64,000 bases of DNA, from the NCBI GenBank assembly GCA_030425295.1, contig JAUIAT010000005.1, forward strand, positions 8,784 through 72,783, read 5' to 3'. The notes beneath the pieces were generated by a model that had not been told where the DNA came from, searched no databases, and saw only the letters and a list, made by a program, of their open reading frames with translations. Source of the stretch: Gammaproteobacteria bacterium. GTDB taxonomy: Bacteria; Pseudomonadota; Gammaproteobacteria; JAUIAT01. Both the position numbers and the translations under genes were made by a program. Position 1 is the first letter of the stretch. Each line of letters opens with the position of its first letter. Positions 10,970 through 20,266 of the stretch are shown piece by piece.

Positions 10970-11614
10970 CTAGATATTTAGTTCAGATAAAATTCTTTCG
11001 AACACCTCGTCAACTTTTCCAACACCCTGGACCTCAACAAACTTGGGACAGTCAGTTGATAATCCTCGATAAAACTCGACCATTGGCGCAGTTTGCTTGT
11101 GGTACACATGCAAACGATGCCTGACAGTTTCTTCTTTATCATCTTCACGCTGAACCAAGGGATCACCAGTGATATCATCTACCCACTCCACCTTTGGCGG
11201 ATTAAAAATTTTGTGATAACTACGACCAGACCCTGGGTGAGAAAGTCTACCGCTCATACGCTGTACAATTTCCTCATCATCAACCACAAGCTCTACTACA
11301 TAATCCAAATCAATCCCAGCCCGATCCAATGCTTTAGCCTGCACTAAAGTTCTTGGAAAACCATCAAGCAAGCATCCGTTTTTACAGTCTGGCGCAGAAA
11401 CTCTATTTTCTACAAGATCAATAATTACGGCATCTGGAACTAACTTACCAGAGTCCATATATTCTTGAGCCTGCCTACCAAGGTCAGTGCCTTCACTAAC
11501 GGCTGCACGCAACATATCGCCGGTCGAAATTTTCGGTATATTTAAATGGGCAGCTAATTTTTCTGCCTGGGTGCCTTTGCCCGCACCTGGAGGGCCTAAA
11601 AGTATAATTCTCAC
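10970..11614 (-). CDS. adk: adenylate kinase
   Basis: [17 protein letters not shown]-loop, with a LID region. GTG start. Confidence 0.95.
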   Translation of the reverse strand: MRIILLGPPGAGKGTQAEKLAAHLNIPKISTGDMLRAAVSEGTDLGRQAQEYMDSGKLVPDAVIIDLVENRVSAPDCKNGCLLDGFPRTLVQAKALDRAGIDLDYVVELVVDDEEIVQRMSGRLSHPGSGRSYHKIFNPPKVEWVDDITGDPLVQREDDKEETVRHRLHVYHKQTAPMVEFYRGLSTDCPKFVEVQGVGKVDEVFERILSELNI

Positions 11615-11705
11615 AGCTTTATCGCTCGACTAAAAACGCTCACATTTTGAGCATTATAACAAATTGTAAAAAAATCTTCACGCAACTAAAAAATATAAAT
11701 TCTTA

Positions 11706-12071
11706 CTACTGACTACCAGCAGTAAAAACATATCGGACAACAGACATTTTTTGCTCTATTTTTTCTCTTAGAATCCTAGCTTTTTTGGCATTATTTGTGT
11801 TTGCAAGCTCATTTTGCAATTTAATAATCCGCAAACCAAAGTATGAATCGCCAGACAAAAACCTATTAACATCTTCCTTAAAGGCTTCGACCATCTTATC
11901 AATAGAATCACATGAGACCTCACCATGAAAATCTCCAACATGACATTGCCTATATGCCTTAATAAGTTTTTCTGGATTTGTCATATAGTATTGATGATTA
12001 TGCTTCACTTCACATCCGGTTGTTAGGATACCTAAAAACACTAAAACCAGCAAATTAACTAAATTCTTCAA
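11706..12071 (-). CDS. small lipoprotein, function unknown
   Basis: Signal peptide with lipobox LTTGC. The mature part has two spaced Cys (YRQC...VSC) and a helical tail. Confidence 0.5.
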   Translation of the reverse strand: MKNLVNLLVLVFLGILTTGCEVKHNHQYYMTNPEKLIKAYRQCHVGDFHGEVSCDSIDKMVEAFKEDVNRFLSGDSYFGLRIIKLQNELANTNNAKKARILREKIEQKMSVVRYVFTAGSQ

Positions 12072-12089
12072 TTCAGTAGATCCTTACAA

Positions 12090-12401
12090 TCAATTTGGCA
12101 CTATAATTGGAATCATGGCCAAAAGAATCAATACAATAGCTACAAAAACCATAACCGCGACAGAACTCAGTGGGGCCTCAACTGGGCTTTTGCGATGCTT
12201 ATCATAACGAACATATGCACCCAACAACAAACCAGAAGCCGCAACATAACATACTACTCTAACAAGCTCTCTAATATGCTCCTCGATCAAAAATATATTA
12301 CCAAAGACCTCTCCTAAATCAGCAGCTTTTTGTGCAGCATGCACCTCGGAAAAAAATAAAAAGCTAGTAACTAAAAGAAATCTAATAATATTTCTAGGCA
12401 T
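12090..12401 (-). CDS. small secreted/membrane protein (signal peptide plus two hydrophobic helices)
   Basis: 103 aa. Signal peptide ends at EVHA/AQ. Two TM segments are separated by the basic loop RYDKHRKSP. Confidence 0.45.
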   Translation of the reverse strand: MPRNIIRFLLVTSFLFFSEVHAAQKAADLGEVFGNIFLIEEHIRELVRVVCYVAASGLLLGAYVRYDKHRKSPVEAPLSSVAVMVFVAIVLILLAMIPIIVPN

Positions 12402-12516
12402 AATAAAACCCTATTAAAAAACTCACTTCTCAGAACCCATGATTGGAGCAAAATAATTGCTACGAATCATTATTACACAACCCAGCAACCACCGCAATTA
12501 GCATCATAGCGGCAAT

Positions 12517-12602
12517 CAGCAGAGCCTGCCAGGAATTGTACAATTCAAGAAAACTCTCAGATTTGAGTGCGATTTTGATGAAAAAATGAGCGGGAGCTGC
12601 TG
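12517..12602. repeat. MITE-like element, family CAGCAGCTCCCGCTC (copy 1, inverted relative to copies 2 and 3)
   Basis: The reverse complement starts CAGCAGCTCCCGCTCATT and ends AATTGTACAATTCCTGGCAGGCTCTGCTG. Related copies lie at 46057-46115 and 57954-58032. Confidence 0.75.
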
Positions 12603-12613
12603 AGCGGCAATCG

Positions 12614-13156
12614 TCAGTGGCTTTCACTGATCACTGACCGAATCCTTCCACTACGACCAACGATTAAACGCCAGACCTCCCCACCATCCACTAGAAAAGA
12701 AAAATGCCCATGCCGACCATCGGTGAAACCGCTTGGCAAAAACACCAAACGATCCGACTTACCAAGGCTTGCATGCCAAGATAAATACCCCTTACGGCTC
12801 ATTAACTTATGACACACCACAGAATCTTGTTTGTAGTGCTTAATTTGCCAGCCGGAAGACCAATCCGTCCCACACAAAGAGTGAAATCCGCAAGGACATA
12901 TTGTTTCTGTTCTACGCTGGAATATTGCAGTTGATCGGGCCATACCAATATCTGAAGATAAATTCCTCAAGACTGATAGATAACTACTTCGCCGGACATA
13001 GTTCCCATAAAAGTCAGTGGCAAAAAATAAACCAGTAGACAATATTAACAGAACTAAGCTGAGCTCAAGGAAAGAAAATCCGCGATCACTTACTACGCAA
13101 CTTGGGTATAATTTTAGCCTCAGCGATCTTATTACCTTTAATTTTAACAACCTCAA
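12614..13156 (-). CDS. GspH/FimT-type minor (pseudo)pilin
   Basis: Prepilin-type N-terminal motif G/FSFLELSLVLLILSTGLFFA. Only TTG starts are available (13156 or 13150), and the 5' end overlaps the upstream gene. Confidence 0.6.
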   Translation of the reverse strand: MRLLKLKVIRSLRLKLYPSCVVSDRGFSFLELSLVLLILSTGLFFATDFYGNYVRRSSYLSVLRNLSSDIGMARSTAIFQRRTETICPCGFHSLCGTDWSSGWQIKHYKQDSVVCHKLMSRKGYLSWHASLGKSDRLVFLPSGFTDGRHGHFSFLVDGGEVWRLIVGRSGRIRSVISESH

Positions 13157-14390
13157 TAGGATATCCTGCGATTCTTAAGCAGACTTGGCTTTCAGGCAGC
13201 ATTTCAAGGTGCTCGACAATCACACCACTTAAAGTTCTAGGCCCAGACATAGGAAGCTCAAGACTCAACAGGCGGTTTAAATCTCGAATATTCAGCCTTC
13301 CTTCAATTAGGTAAGCCCCGTCTGCTGACTGCCTTACTCCATGCTCAGCAGCTGACCAATCAGTTGTAAATTCGCCAACGATCTCTTCTAATATATCTTC
13401 CATTGTAACCAGGCCTTGAATTTCACCGTATTCATCAAGAACCATAGCAATTCGCCTTCTCTCCCGCTGGAAATTAAATAACTGGACGTCGAGCTGAGCA
13501 CCCTCTGGAATAAAATACACTTCTTCAGCAGCATCTAACAATACCGTTTTATTCATTTTATTTTGGGCAAATTTATTCAATGCCGAACGAACATGCAGCA
13601 TGCCCTTAATGGATTCCAAGCTACCTTGATAAACAGGCAACCAGGTATGCTGAGTAGAAGAAAGCCTTTCCAAAATATTTTCCCAACTTTCATTCATATC
13701 AATACCCTTGATATCATGCAAAGGCACCATAACATCTTCAACAGTTGCATCGGCAAGATCCAAAATGCTAACCAGCATTTGTTTATAATGAGAAGAAACT
13801 TTGCCAGCAGCATCACTTAGCACTGTGCGCAATTCGTCTATAGACAGATGCTCAACTGTACTAGCTTTCTTAACATTCACCTGAAAGCACCAAAGAATAC
13901 CATTAGATACAGTTGTCGAAAGCCAAACTACGGGATATAAAAGTTTAGCCAACCATTTCAAAGGCAGAGAAAAGTGATATGAAATCCAGTCAGGCTTTAT
14001 AGCTGCAAAAGTCTTAGGGGTGATTTCACTAAACACAAGCAAAATCAAAGTAACGGCGATAGTTGCTAAAAAAACACCAAACTCACCAAACAAACGTACT
14101 GATAGCACAGTCGCCACCGCTGAAGCCAACACATTAGCAAAGGTATTACCTATTAAAATAACCCCCAACAACCGATCAGGACGCTTCAGCATATCTTGAA
14201 CACGAACACTAGCCTTATGCCCTTTCCTTGCGCGATGCCTTAGTCTGTAACGATTAATAGACATCATCCCTGTTTCAGAGCTTGAGAAAAAAGCCGAAAT
14301 AAAAACTAGCAAAATAAATAGTGAAATAAGCAATAAGAAAGACTCAGATATCAATATGTTTCCCCAGGTAGACCAGACTAAAGTCATCAC
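13086..14390 (-). CDS. HlyC/CorC family transporter (DUF21-CBS pair-CorC_HlyC)
   Basis: 434 aa with a four-helix N-terminal membrane domain, a CBS pair and a C-terminal transporter-associated domain. Confidence 0.85.
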   Translation of the reverse strand: MMTLVWSTWGNILISESFLLLISLFILLVFISAFFSSSETGMMSINRYRLRHRARKGHKASVRVQDMLKRPDRLLGVILIGNTFANVLASAVATVLSVRLFGEFGVFLATIAVTLILLVFSEITPKTFAAIKPDWISYHFSLPLKWLAKLLYPVVWLSTTVSNGILWCFQVNVKKASTVEHLSIDELRTVLSDAAGKVSSHYKQMLVSILDLADATVEDVMVPLHDIKGIDMNESWENILERLSSTQHTWLPVYQGSLESIKGMLHVRSALNKFAQNKMNKTVLLDAAEEVYFIPEGAQLDVQLFNFQRERRRIAMVLDEYGEIQGLVTMEDILEEIVGEFTTDWSAAEHGVRQSADGAYLIEGRLNIRDLNRLLSLELPMSGPRTLSGVIVEHLEMLPESQVCLRIAGYPIEVVKIKGNKIAEAKIIPKLRSK

Positions 14391-14441
14391 GTATAATCAT
14401 CATACCTCAACATACAACCATTAGAAAATAGTAAAAGCATT

Positions 14442-15881
14442 ATGTTTGATAATTTAAAATCTAGACTTAATAAAACCATTCGCAATCTGCGCGGCCAAGG
14501 TCGTTTAAGCGAAGAAAACATCAAAGCAACCCTAAAAGAGGTCCGCGTCGCACTGCTTGATGCTGACGTTGCCCTTCCCGTAGTTACTAAATTTCTTGGA
14601 CAGGTTAAAGATAAAGCGCTAGGCACCGAAGTTCTAGAAAGCCTAAAACCTGGCGACATGATGATAAAAATCGTCAAGGATGAATTAACTAAGCTACTAG
14701 GACACAAACACAGCGAATTAAACTTAAAAGCCCGCCCACCTGTAGTCATTTTAGTAGCAGGTCTTCAAGGTGCTGGTAAAACAACTAGCGTTGGCAAGCT
14801 TGCACGCTGGCTTAAAGAAAGCAAGAAAAAATCAGTTCTGGTCACCAGTACCGATATTTATCGCCCCGCCGCTATTGACCAGCTAGAAACTCTTGCCGAA
14901 CAAATTGGGGTTAGCTTTTACCCTAGCAGAACAGACCAAGACCCGAAACTAATTGCTGATAACGCAATCGATCAAGCCAGAAAAAGCCTAACTGATGTTG
15001 TAATCATCGATACAGCCGGGCGTCTTCATGTAGATGATGACATGATGAAAGAAATTAAAGATTTGCACAAAGCAACTAACCCAGTTGAAACTCTTTTTGT
15101 AATTGACAGCATGCTCGGCCAAGATGCTGCTAATAGTGCTGCTGCCTTTGCTGAAGCATTGCCCCTAACAGGCACAATACTCACCAAAGTTGATGGTGAC
15201 GCGAGAGGTGGTGCTGCTCTATCAGCTGTTCACATGACAGAAAAACCCATTAAATTCATGGGTACTGGCGAAAAAACTGAGGCGCTAGAATCTTTTCACC
15301 CCGAAAGGATAGCATCACGAATTCTTGGCATGGGAGATCTTGAGTCACTATTCGAAAAAGCTGAGAAGCAGATAGATAAAGATAAAGCCAAAAAGCTAAC
15401 TTCAAAGCTCAAATCTGGGCAGGGGTTCAACTACGAAGATTTTCGTGATCAAATGGCACAAATGCGCAAAATGGGTGGAATGAAAGACATCCTCGGCAAG
15501 CTTCCAAATATGCCAAATCTACCATCAGCTGCAACTAATCAATTTGGCGATAATATGCTAAAACAAACTGATGCTATTATAGGATCAATGACTCCAGTTG
15601 AAAGAAGAAACCCTCAATTACTTCAAAACTCTACTAGCCGGCTTAAACGTATAGCTGGTGGTGCAGGAGTTACCCCGAAAGATGTGAAAAATCTCATTCG
15701 CCAATTCTCTCAAATGCAAAAAATGATGAAAAAATTCAAAGGCGGCAAGATGAAAAACATGATGGGTATGCTTGGCAGCAAATTGGGTGGCGGCATGACA
15801 AAACTTCCTGGAATGCCATCTATGGCGGGAGGGATGCCTTCGCAAAAAAACAAGAAAAAGAAAAAGAAAAAGCGTAAATAG
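14442..15881 (+). CDS. ffh: signal recognition particle protein Ffh
   Basis: GTPase motifs GLQGAGKTT, DTAGR and TKVDGD. Met-rich M domain and a lysine-rich tail. Confidence 0.95.
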   Translation: MFDNLKSRLNKTIRNLRGQGRLSEENIKATLKEVRVALLDADVALPVVTKFLGQVKDKALGTEVLESLKPGDMMIKIVKDELTKLLGHKHSELNLKARPPVVILVAGLQGAGKTTSVGKLARWLKESKKKSVLVTSTDIYRPAAIDQLETLAEQIGVSFYPSRTDQDPKLIADNAIDQARKSLTDVVIIDTAGRLHVDDDMMKEIKDLHKATNPVETLFVIDSMLGQDAANSAAAFAEALPLTGTILTKVDGDARGGAALSAVHMTEKPIKFMGTGEKTEALESFHPERIASRILGMGDLESLFEKAEKQIDKDKAKKLTSKLKSGQGFNYEDFRDQMAQMRKMGGMKDILGKLPNMPNLPSAATNQFGDNMLKQTDAIIGSMTPVERRNPQLLQNSTSRLKRIAGGAGVTPKDVKNLIRQFSQMQKMMKKFKGGKMKNMMGMLGSKLGGGMTKLPGMPSMAGGMPSQKNKKKKKKKRK

Positions 15882-15917
15882 CAGCACTTCCCGCTAAGAA
15901 TAATATACGCCAAGATT

Positions 15918-16093
15918 CTGTCATTCCGCGACTTGATCGCGGGATCTAGCTTCATGGATCCCGCGGTCAAGCCGCGGGATGACAGATTTGAGCCTGCCGC
16001 GGGATGACAGATTTGAGCCTAGAGACAACCTAATCTTAGCACACATTACCCATAAGCAATTGATTTTCTACAAATAAAACTCGAAGCTCGGGT
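15918..16093. repeat. composite palindromic/MITE-like element (copy A)
   Basis: 68-nt hairpin at 15918-15985 (29-nt arms, 26/29 complementary). It is followed by a 2 x 25-nt tandem GCCGCGGGATGACAGATTTGAGCCT (15971-16020) and an about 70-nt tail. The whole element is homologous, in inverted orientation, to 34204-34418. Confidence 0.85.
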
Positions 16094-16115
16094 CAATATA
16101 CTTTAGCGAAATTGT

Positions 16116-17912
16116 TTACTTTAAGTCCGATAACACAATATTAATAAAATCAGATAAAGCCATAGGCTTATAAAAATAAAAACCCTGAGCATAATCGCAT
16201 CCACAATCTCTAAAAAATTCTGCCTGAACTTTAGTTTCAATGCCCTCAGCAACAACATGCATATCAAGAGTTTTTGCAAGATCTAGAATAGGCACTATCA
16301 TGCTATTTTTCTCAGGTACAATATTAATCTCATTAATAATACTACGATCCAGCTTTAGAGTTCTAATTGGAAGTTGCCCGAGCCTTTTCAAAGAGGAGTA
16401 ACCTGTGCCAAAATCATCAATAGCAGTACTTATACCAAGAGAGGCAATATCTTCAATATTCCCCTGAAAATCCTTAATAGATTCAACAAAAAATGACTCT
16501 GTAATCTCAAACTCAAGAAGCGACGGTAATTTAGTGTCCTGCTTCACAGCATTTCTAACTTGCTCCATAAAATGATCATCTTTTAACTGCAATCCAGACA
16601 AGTTAACAGCGAAATAAATATTCTTATCAGTCTTCTTAATTACTTCATTTAATGAATTTAAAGCCTCAGAAAAAATCCACTCCCCAAGAGGCAAAATTGA
16701 CTTATTCAATTCTGCAGCATATATAAATTCAGATGGAGCAACCTTTCCTAAGATCTTATTTTCCCATCGGCACAACACCTCAACCCCAACAATACGATTA
16801 TCAGCTAATCTTACAATAGGCTGATATTCTATATAAAACTCTTTATCCAAACTGCCAGACTTTATGATCTTCTCAAGCTCAACATGCACTTTATGCTTTC
16901 TTTCAATTTCCTCAGAAAAAAAACAATACTGCTCTTTTCCTAAATATTTAGCTTCATACATTGCATGATCAGCATTCTCTCTAAGCACCTGGGGCGATTC
17001 TCCAGATATTGGATAACAAGCAATTCCTATACTAACCCCTATGTGCAGCCTAATATCATTTACATAATAATCTTTAGATACATTATCAATTATTCGTTGA
17101 GAAATTTTACTGGCATCTTCAGGGCTCTGAATTTCGCATATCAGTAAAGCAAACTCATCGCCGCCAATTCTTGAAACACAAGGCTGTTGATTGTTCTGGC
17201 TGATAATATCAGAATCTCGAACAACTCTTTTAATTCTCTGAGCCACCATTTTTAAGAGCTCATCACCAATATCATGACCATAATTATCATTTACATATTT
17301 AAAATTATCTAAATCCAAAAACAACAGTGCAAAAATCGCCTTATTTTTTCTGGCAAGATCTATGTAAGACCCTAGGTACTTATCAAAGCTATGCCTATTA
17401 TAAAGACCTGTAAGACTATCATGACGCGCTAAAGACGAGAGCTTAGTATTAGTCCTAGCTAACTTTTTTTTCTTATCACTAAGATCCTCGATAGTCTCTT
17501 TCATTTGGCTTTGCTGTTTATAATACTCTAGAAAAGTGTTTACTTTACTAGTTAAAATCAATGGATCTATAGGCTTCATCAGGTAATCTACAGCACCGAC
17601 TTCATGACCTTTCAAAATATATTTTTGCTCTTTACTAATTGCAGTTACAAAAATAATCGGGATGTGTGAAGTTTCTCGTCTTGCCTTCAAATGACTAGCA
17701 ACCTCGAAGCCATCCATTTCTGGCATTTGCACATCCAAAAGGATTAAAGCAAAATCTTCTTCCAGGCATAAATGCAAAGCTTCCTTGCCTGATTCTGCAA
17801 AAACACATTCAGCCTTAACATCTTCCAAAGCTGACCCCATAGCAACTAAGTTGCTTTTAACGTCATCTACTACTAATATTTTTGGCAAAACGTTCCTAAC
17901 CACCTCATGCAC
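16116..17912 (-). CDS. response regulator REC-GGDEF-EAL protein
   Basis: REC (LILLDVQMPEMDG), GGDEF (RIGGDEFALL), EAL domain (EVLCRW, DDFGTGYSSL). The start is uncertain: GTG 17912, GTG 17903 or TTG 17888. Confidence 0.9.
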   Translation of the reverse strand: MHEVVRNVLPKILVVDDVKSNLVAMGSALEDVKAECVFAESGKEALHLCLEEDFALILLDVQMPEMDGFEVASHLKARRETSHIPIIFVTAISKEQKYILKGHEVGAVDYLMKPIDPLILTSKVNTFLEYYKQQSQMKETIEDLSDKKKKLARTNTKLSSLARHDSLTGLYNRHSFDKYLGSYIDLARKNKAIFALLFLDLDNFKYVNDNYGHDIGDELLKMVAQRIKRVVRDSDIISQNNQQPCVSRIGGDEFALLICEIQSPEDASKISQRIIDNVSKDYYVNDIRLHIGVSIGIACYPISGESPQVLRENADHAMYEAKYLGKEQYCFFSEEIERKHKVHVELEKIIKSGSLDKEFYIEYQPIVRLADNRIVGVEVLCRWENKILGKVAPSEFIYAAELNKSILPLGEWIFSEALNSLNEVIKKTDKNIYFAVNLSGLQLKDDHFMEQVRNAVKQDTKLPSLLEFEITESFFVESIKDFQGNIEDIASLGISTAIDDFGTGYSSLKRLGQLPIRTLKLDRSIINEINIVPEKNSMIVPILDLAKTLDMHVVAEGIETKVQAEFFRDCGCDYAQGFYFYKPMALSDFINIVLSDLK

Positions 17913-19692
17913 ATCCTTTATATTTGCCAGAAGCTAGTAATCTGCAGGCTTCTACACGTGACATAGGTTTACCTAGATGATATCCTTGACCGAAGCGACA
18001 ACCTTCATTTTTCAAAAATAGGCATTGCTCTTTTGTTTCAACTCCCTCGGCAATTGTCTGAATACCTAGATTTCTTGCCATGGCTATAATTGCTTTCACT
18101 AGTGCACCTCCATCACTTGACTCCCCTAGACTCCCCACAAAGGCGTTATCTATTTTTAGGGCGCAAACAGGCAGATTCCTCAGATCTACAAGTGATGAGT
18201 ACCCTGTTCCGAAATCATCTATAAGAAATTTAACTCCATGACCTGTAATTTTTTGCAAAAGTTCCACTAGCTTAGGTTTATTTTTCATTAAAACAGACTC
18301 AGAAACTTCTAACACTAAATCTTTTAAACTTATACCATGCTCAGAGGCTTGCATCATAAGCTTATTATAAAAATCGCCAAATTGTATTTGTTTCCCAGAG
18401 ATGTTCACAGCTAACTTCACTCCCTTGAAATCTTTTGACTGCCAGTCTTTTAAAACCTTAAAAGACTCAGATAAAACCCATTGCCCAATAGCGTGAATAT
18501 CTCCAGACTCTTCAGCGATAGCAATAAATTGATCAGGGTTCATATCGCCAAGATTTTCAGAGCGCCACCGAAGTAAAGCTTCAAAGCCAAAGATCTCTAA
18601 TTTTTTCAAGTTATAAATTGGCTGAAAATTCAAATAAAATTCATTTTTTTCAATAGCAAACTTCAAATTAGACTCTATTTCTAGGCGACTACCATACTCT
18701 TTCTGCAATGATTTGTTATAAAATTGAGATTGATTCTTGCCCATTGATTTTGCACGGTACATCGCTATATCTGCACTGCGCATAATTGTAGTAACATCTT
18801 GTCCAGCAAAAGGGAAACAAGCCACACCTATGCTAAAAGTAGGAGATTGATTGATCCCAGATACAACTAATGGATCAGAAAGAGCATTAAGCAAATGCTT
18901 TGCAACATTGCCCGCCTCACGATAATTATCAATATAGTTTAAAATAATCCCAAACTCATCGCCGCCAAGCCTTGCAACGATGTCAGTTTGTCTCACATTA
19001 TTCAAAAAAACCTGACTAATCTGCTTTAAAAGCTGATCCCCAGCATCATGCCCCAATGTATCATTAACTATTTTAAAATTATCTATATCGCAAAACAGCA
19101 AGGCAAACTGCTTATTGTAACGCTTACACTCTCTAAGTATTCTCGCTAATTCAACTTCAAATTGCCGTCTATTATAAAGATGGGTTAATGCGTCTTGATT
19201 TGCAAGATTAGACAATGCTTTATTTCTGGCTTTAAGTTCGGCTTTAACGACTCTAAGCTCACCTACTGTTTCAAGATAGTTAACTTTTTTATGCTTTTGC
19301 ATTTCAATAAAAATTTTTATTTTTGAAGCAAGAATACTCTCATCCACGGGGTAAAACATATAGTCTACTGGACCATATTCATAACCTTTGAACATCTTCT
19401 GTTTTTTATCGTTTTCAGATAACAAGAAGATAATTGGTATAGATTGAGTCTTTTTTCTTCTCCTTAGCAAGCTAGCAACCTCATACCCATCCATTCCGGG
19501 CATATCAGCAGCAATTATCACTAAATCAAAACTAGACTCTATTGCCATTTTCAAAGCCTCATGCCCAGAATCAGAGGCAGAAACATCTACATTCAAACTA
19601 GAACAACATTTTTGAACTTTATTGAGGTGCTCTTCATTTAAAGCAGCAAGCAATATACTTGTCTTTAAACTATGAGTTTTATCATTTGACAT
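17905..19692 (-). CDS. response regulator REC-GGDEF-EAL protein
   Basis: REC (VIIAADMPGMDG), I-site RQTD five residues before RLGGDEFGI, EAL (EALLRW, DDFGTGYSSL). Confidence 0.9.
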   Translation of the reverse strand: MSNDKTHSLKTSILLAALNEEHLNKVQKCCSSLNVDVSASDSGHEALKMAIESSFDLVIIAADMPGMDGYEVASLLRRRKKTQSIPIIFLLSENDKKQKMFKGYEYGPVDYMFYPVDESILASKIKIFIEMQKHKKVNYLETVGELRVVKAELKARNKALSNLANQDALTHLYNRRQFEVELARILRECKRYNKQFALLFCDIDNFKIVNDTLGHDAGDQLLKQISQVFLNNVRQTDIVARLGGDEFGIILNYIDNYREAGNVAKHLLNALSDPLVVSGINQSPTFSIGVACFPFAGQDVTTIMRSADIAMYRAKSMGKNQSQFYNKSLQKEYGSRLEIESNLKFAIEKNEFYLNFQPIYNLKKLEIFGFEALLRWRSENLGDMNPDQFIAIAEESGDIHAIGQWVLSESFKVLKDWQSKDFKGVKLAVNISGKQIQFGDFYNKLMMQASEHGISLKDLVLEVSESVLMKNKPKLVELLQKITGHGVKFLIDDFGTGYSSLVDLRNLPVCALKIDNAFVGSLGESSDGGALVKAIIAMARNLGIQTIAEGVETKEQCLFLKNEGCRFGQGYHLGKPMSRVEACRLLASGKYKGCA

Positions 19693-20266
19693 TATTACCC
19701 CCGTCCAACTGATTCAAACGAGATGCAATTTGATCTAACTCTAAAACCTCATCGACTTTAGTGATTGCCAAAGCTGATCTAGGCATTTCACTAGATAACG
19801 CAGTTTCAGGGTTCTGCACAATTGTATAACCTCCCAAGTCATGTATTTTTTTGATACCCAAAGCCCCATCGCTATTGGCACCAGTCAACAAAACGCCTAT
19901 TACTTTATCTTTATAAACATGAGCCGCTGAATCAAACAGCACATCAATGCTAGGGCGAGAAAAATTCACTCTCGGATCAGCGGATAATGACAAGCTAGTT
20001 TTGTCTTCGACTAAAAGATGATAACCGGGGGGAGCAACATAAGCCTTACCTCGATTTATTTTTATTTTATCCACTGCCTCAAGCACATCTAAGCTACTCG
20101 CCCTATTGATATGCTGCACATAATAATTATCACTTCCTTCTTTGATATGCTGAACTAAAAAAATAGGTATTGAAAAATCTTCATGGAACTTACTAAAAAT
20201 TTTGTAGAATGCCTCTAATCCACCTGATGACGCCCCAATAACTATAGCCTCAAAACAATTACTCAT
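19682..20266 (-). CDS. cheB: CheB-type protein-glutamate methylesterase, catalytic domain only (no REC)
   Basis: 194 aa starting directly at the esterase domain (AIVIGASSGGLEAF). ATGA overlap with CheR. Confidence 0.85.
   Translation of the reverse strand: MSNCFEAIVIGASSGGLEAFYKIFSKFHEDFSIPIFLVQHIKEGSDNYYVQHINRASSLDVLEAVDKIKINRGKAYVAPPGYHLLVEDKTSLSLSADPRVNFSRPSIDVLFDSAAHVYKDKVIGVLLTGANSDGALGIKKIHDLGGYTIVQNPETALSSEMPRSALAITKVDEVLELDQIASRLNQLDGGNNVK

Noticed and set aside
14387-14749. 120-aa minus-strand ORF opposite the 5' part of ffh. Similar antisense ORFs lie inside lpdA, aceF, aceE, ampE and others (e.g. 3593-3946, 4020-4298, 5608-5913, 8725-9039).
   Set aside because: Each lies entirely antisense to a gene with strong motif support. 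The products are low-complexity Ser/Pro/Leu-rich with no RBS or motif, so they look like shadow ORFs.
15838-15881. A-rich runs encoding poly-lysine tails on Ffh (KNKKKKKKKRK) and LpdA (PKKKKK, 3146-3170). Considered as slippery or frameshift-prone or erroneous ends.
   Set aside because: Both ORFs are complete up to these tails and end in normal stops. Lys-rich tails fit the AT-rich genome composition, and no alternative frame continues.
15710-15970. 86-aa ORF spanning the ffh tail and the palindromic repeat (MTAGSMKLDPAIKSRNDR...).
   Set aside because: Its N-terminus is simply the translated hairpin repeat and the rest is antisense to the lysine-rich ffh tail. It is an artefact of the repeat element.
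15971-16020. Tandem 25-nt direct repeats (GCCGCGGGATGACAGATTTGAGCCT x2), considered as a possible mini CRISPR array.
   Set aside because: There are only two abutting units with no spacers. The units are an internal variable module of the composite MITE-like element, and no cas genes are in the window.
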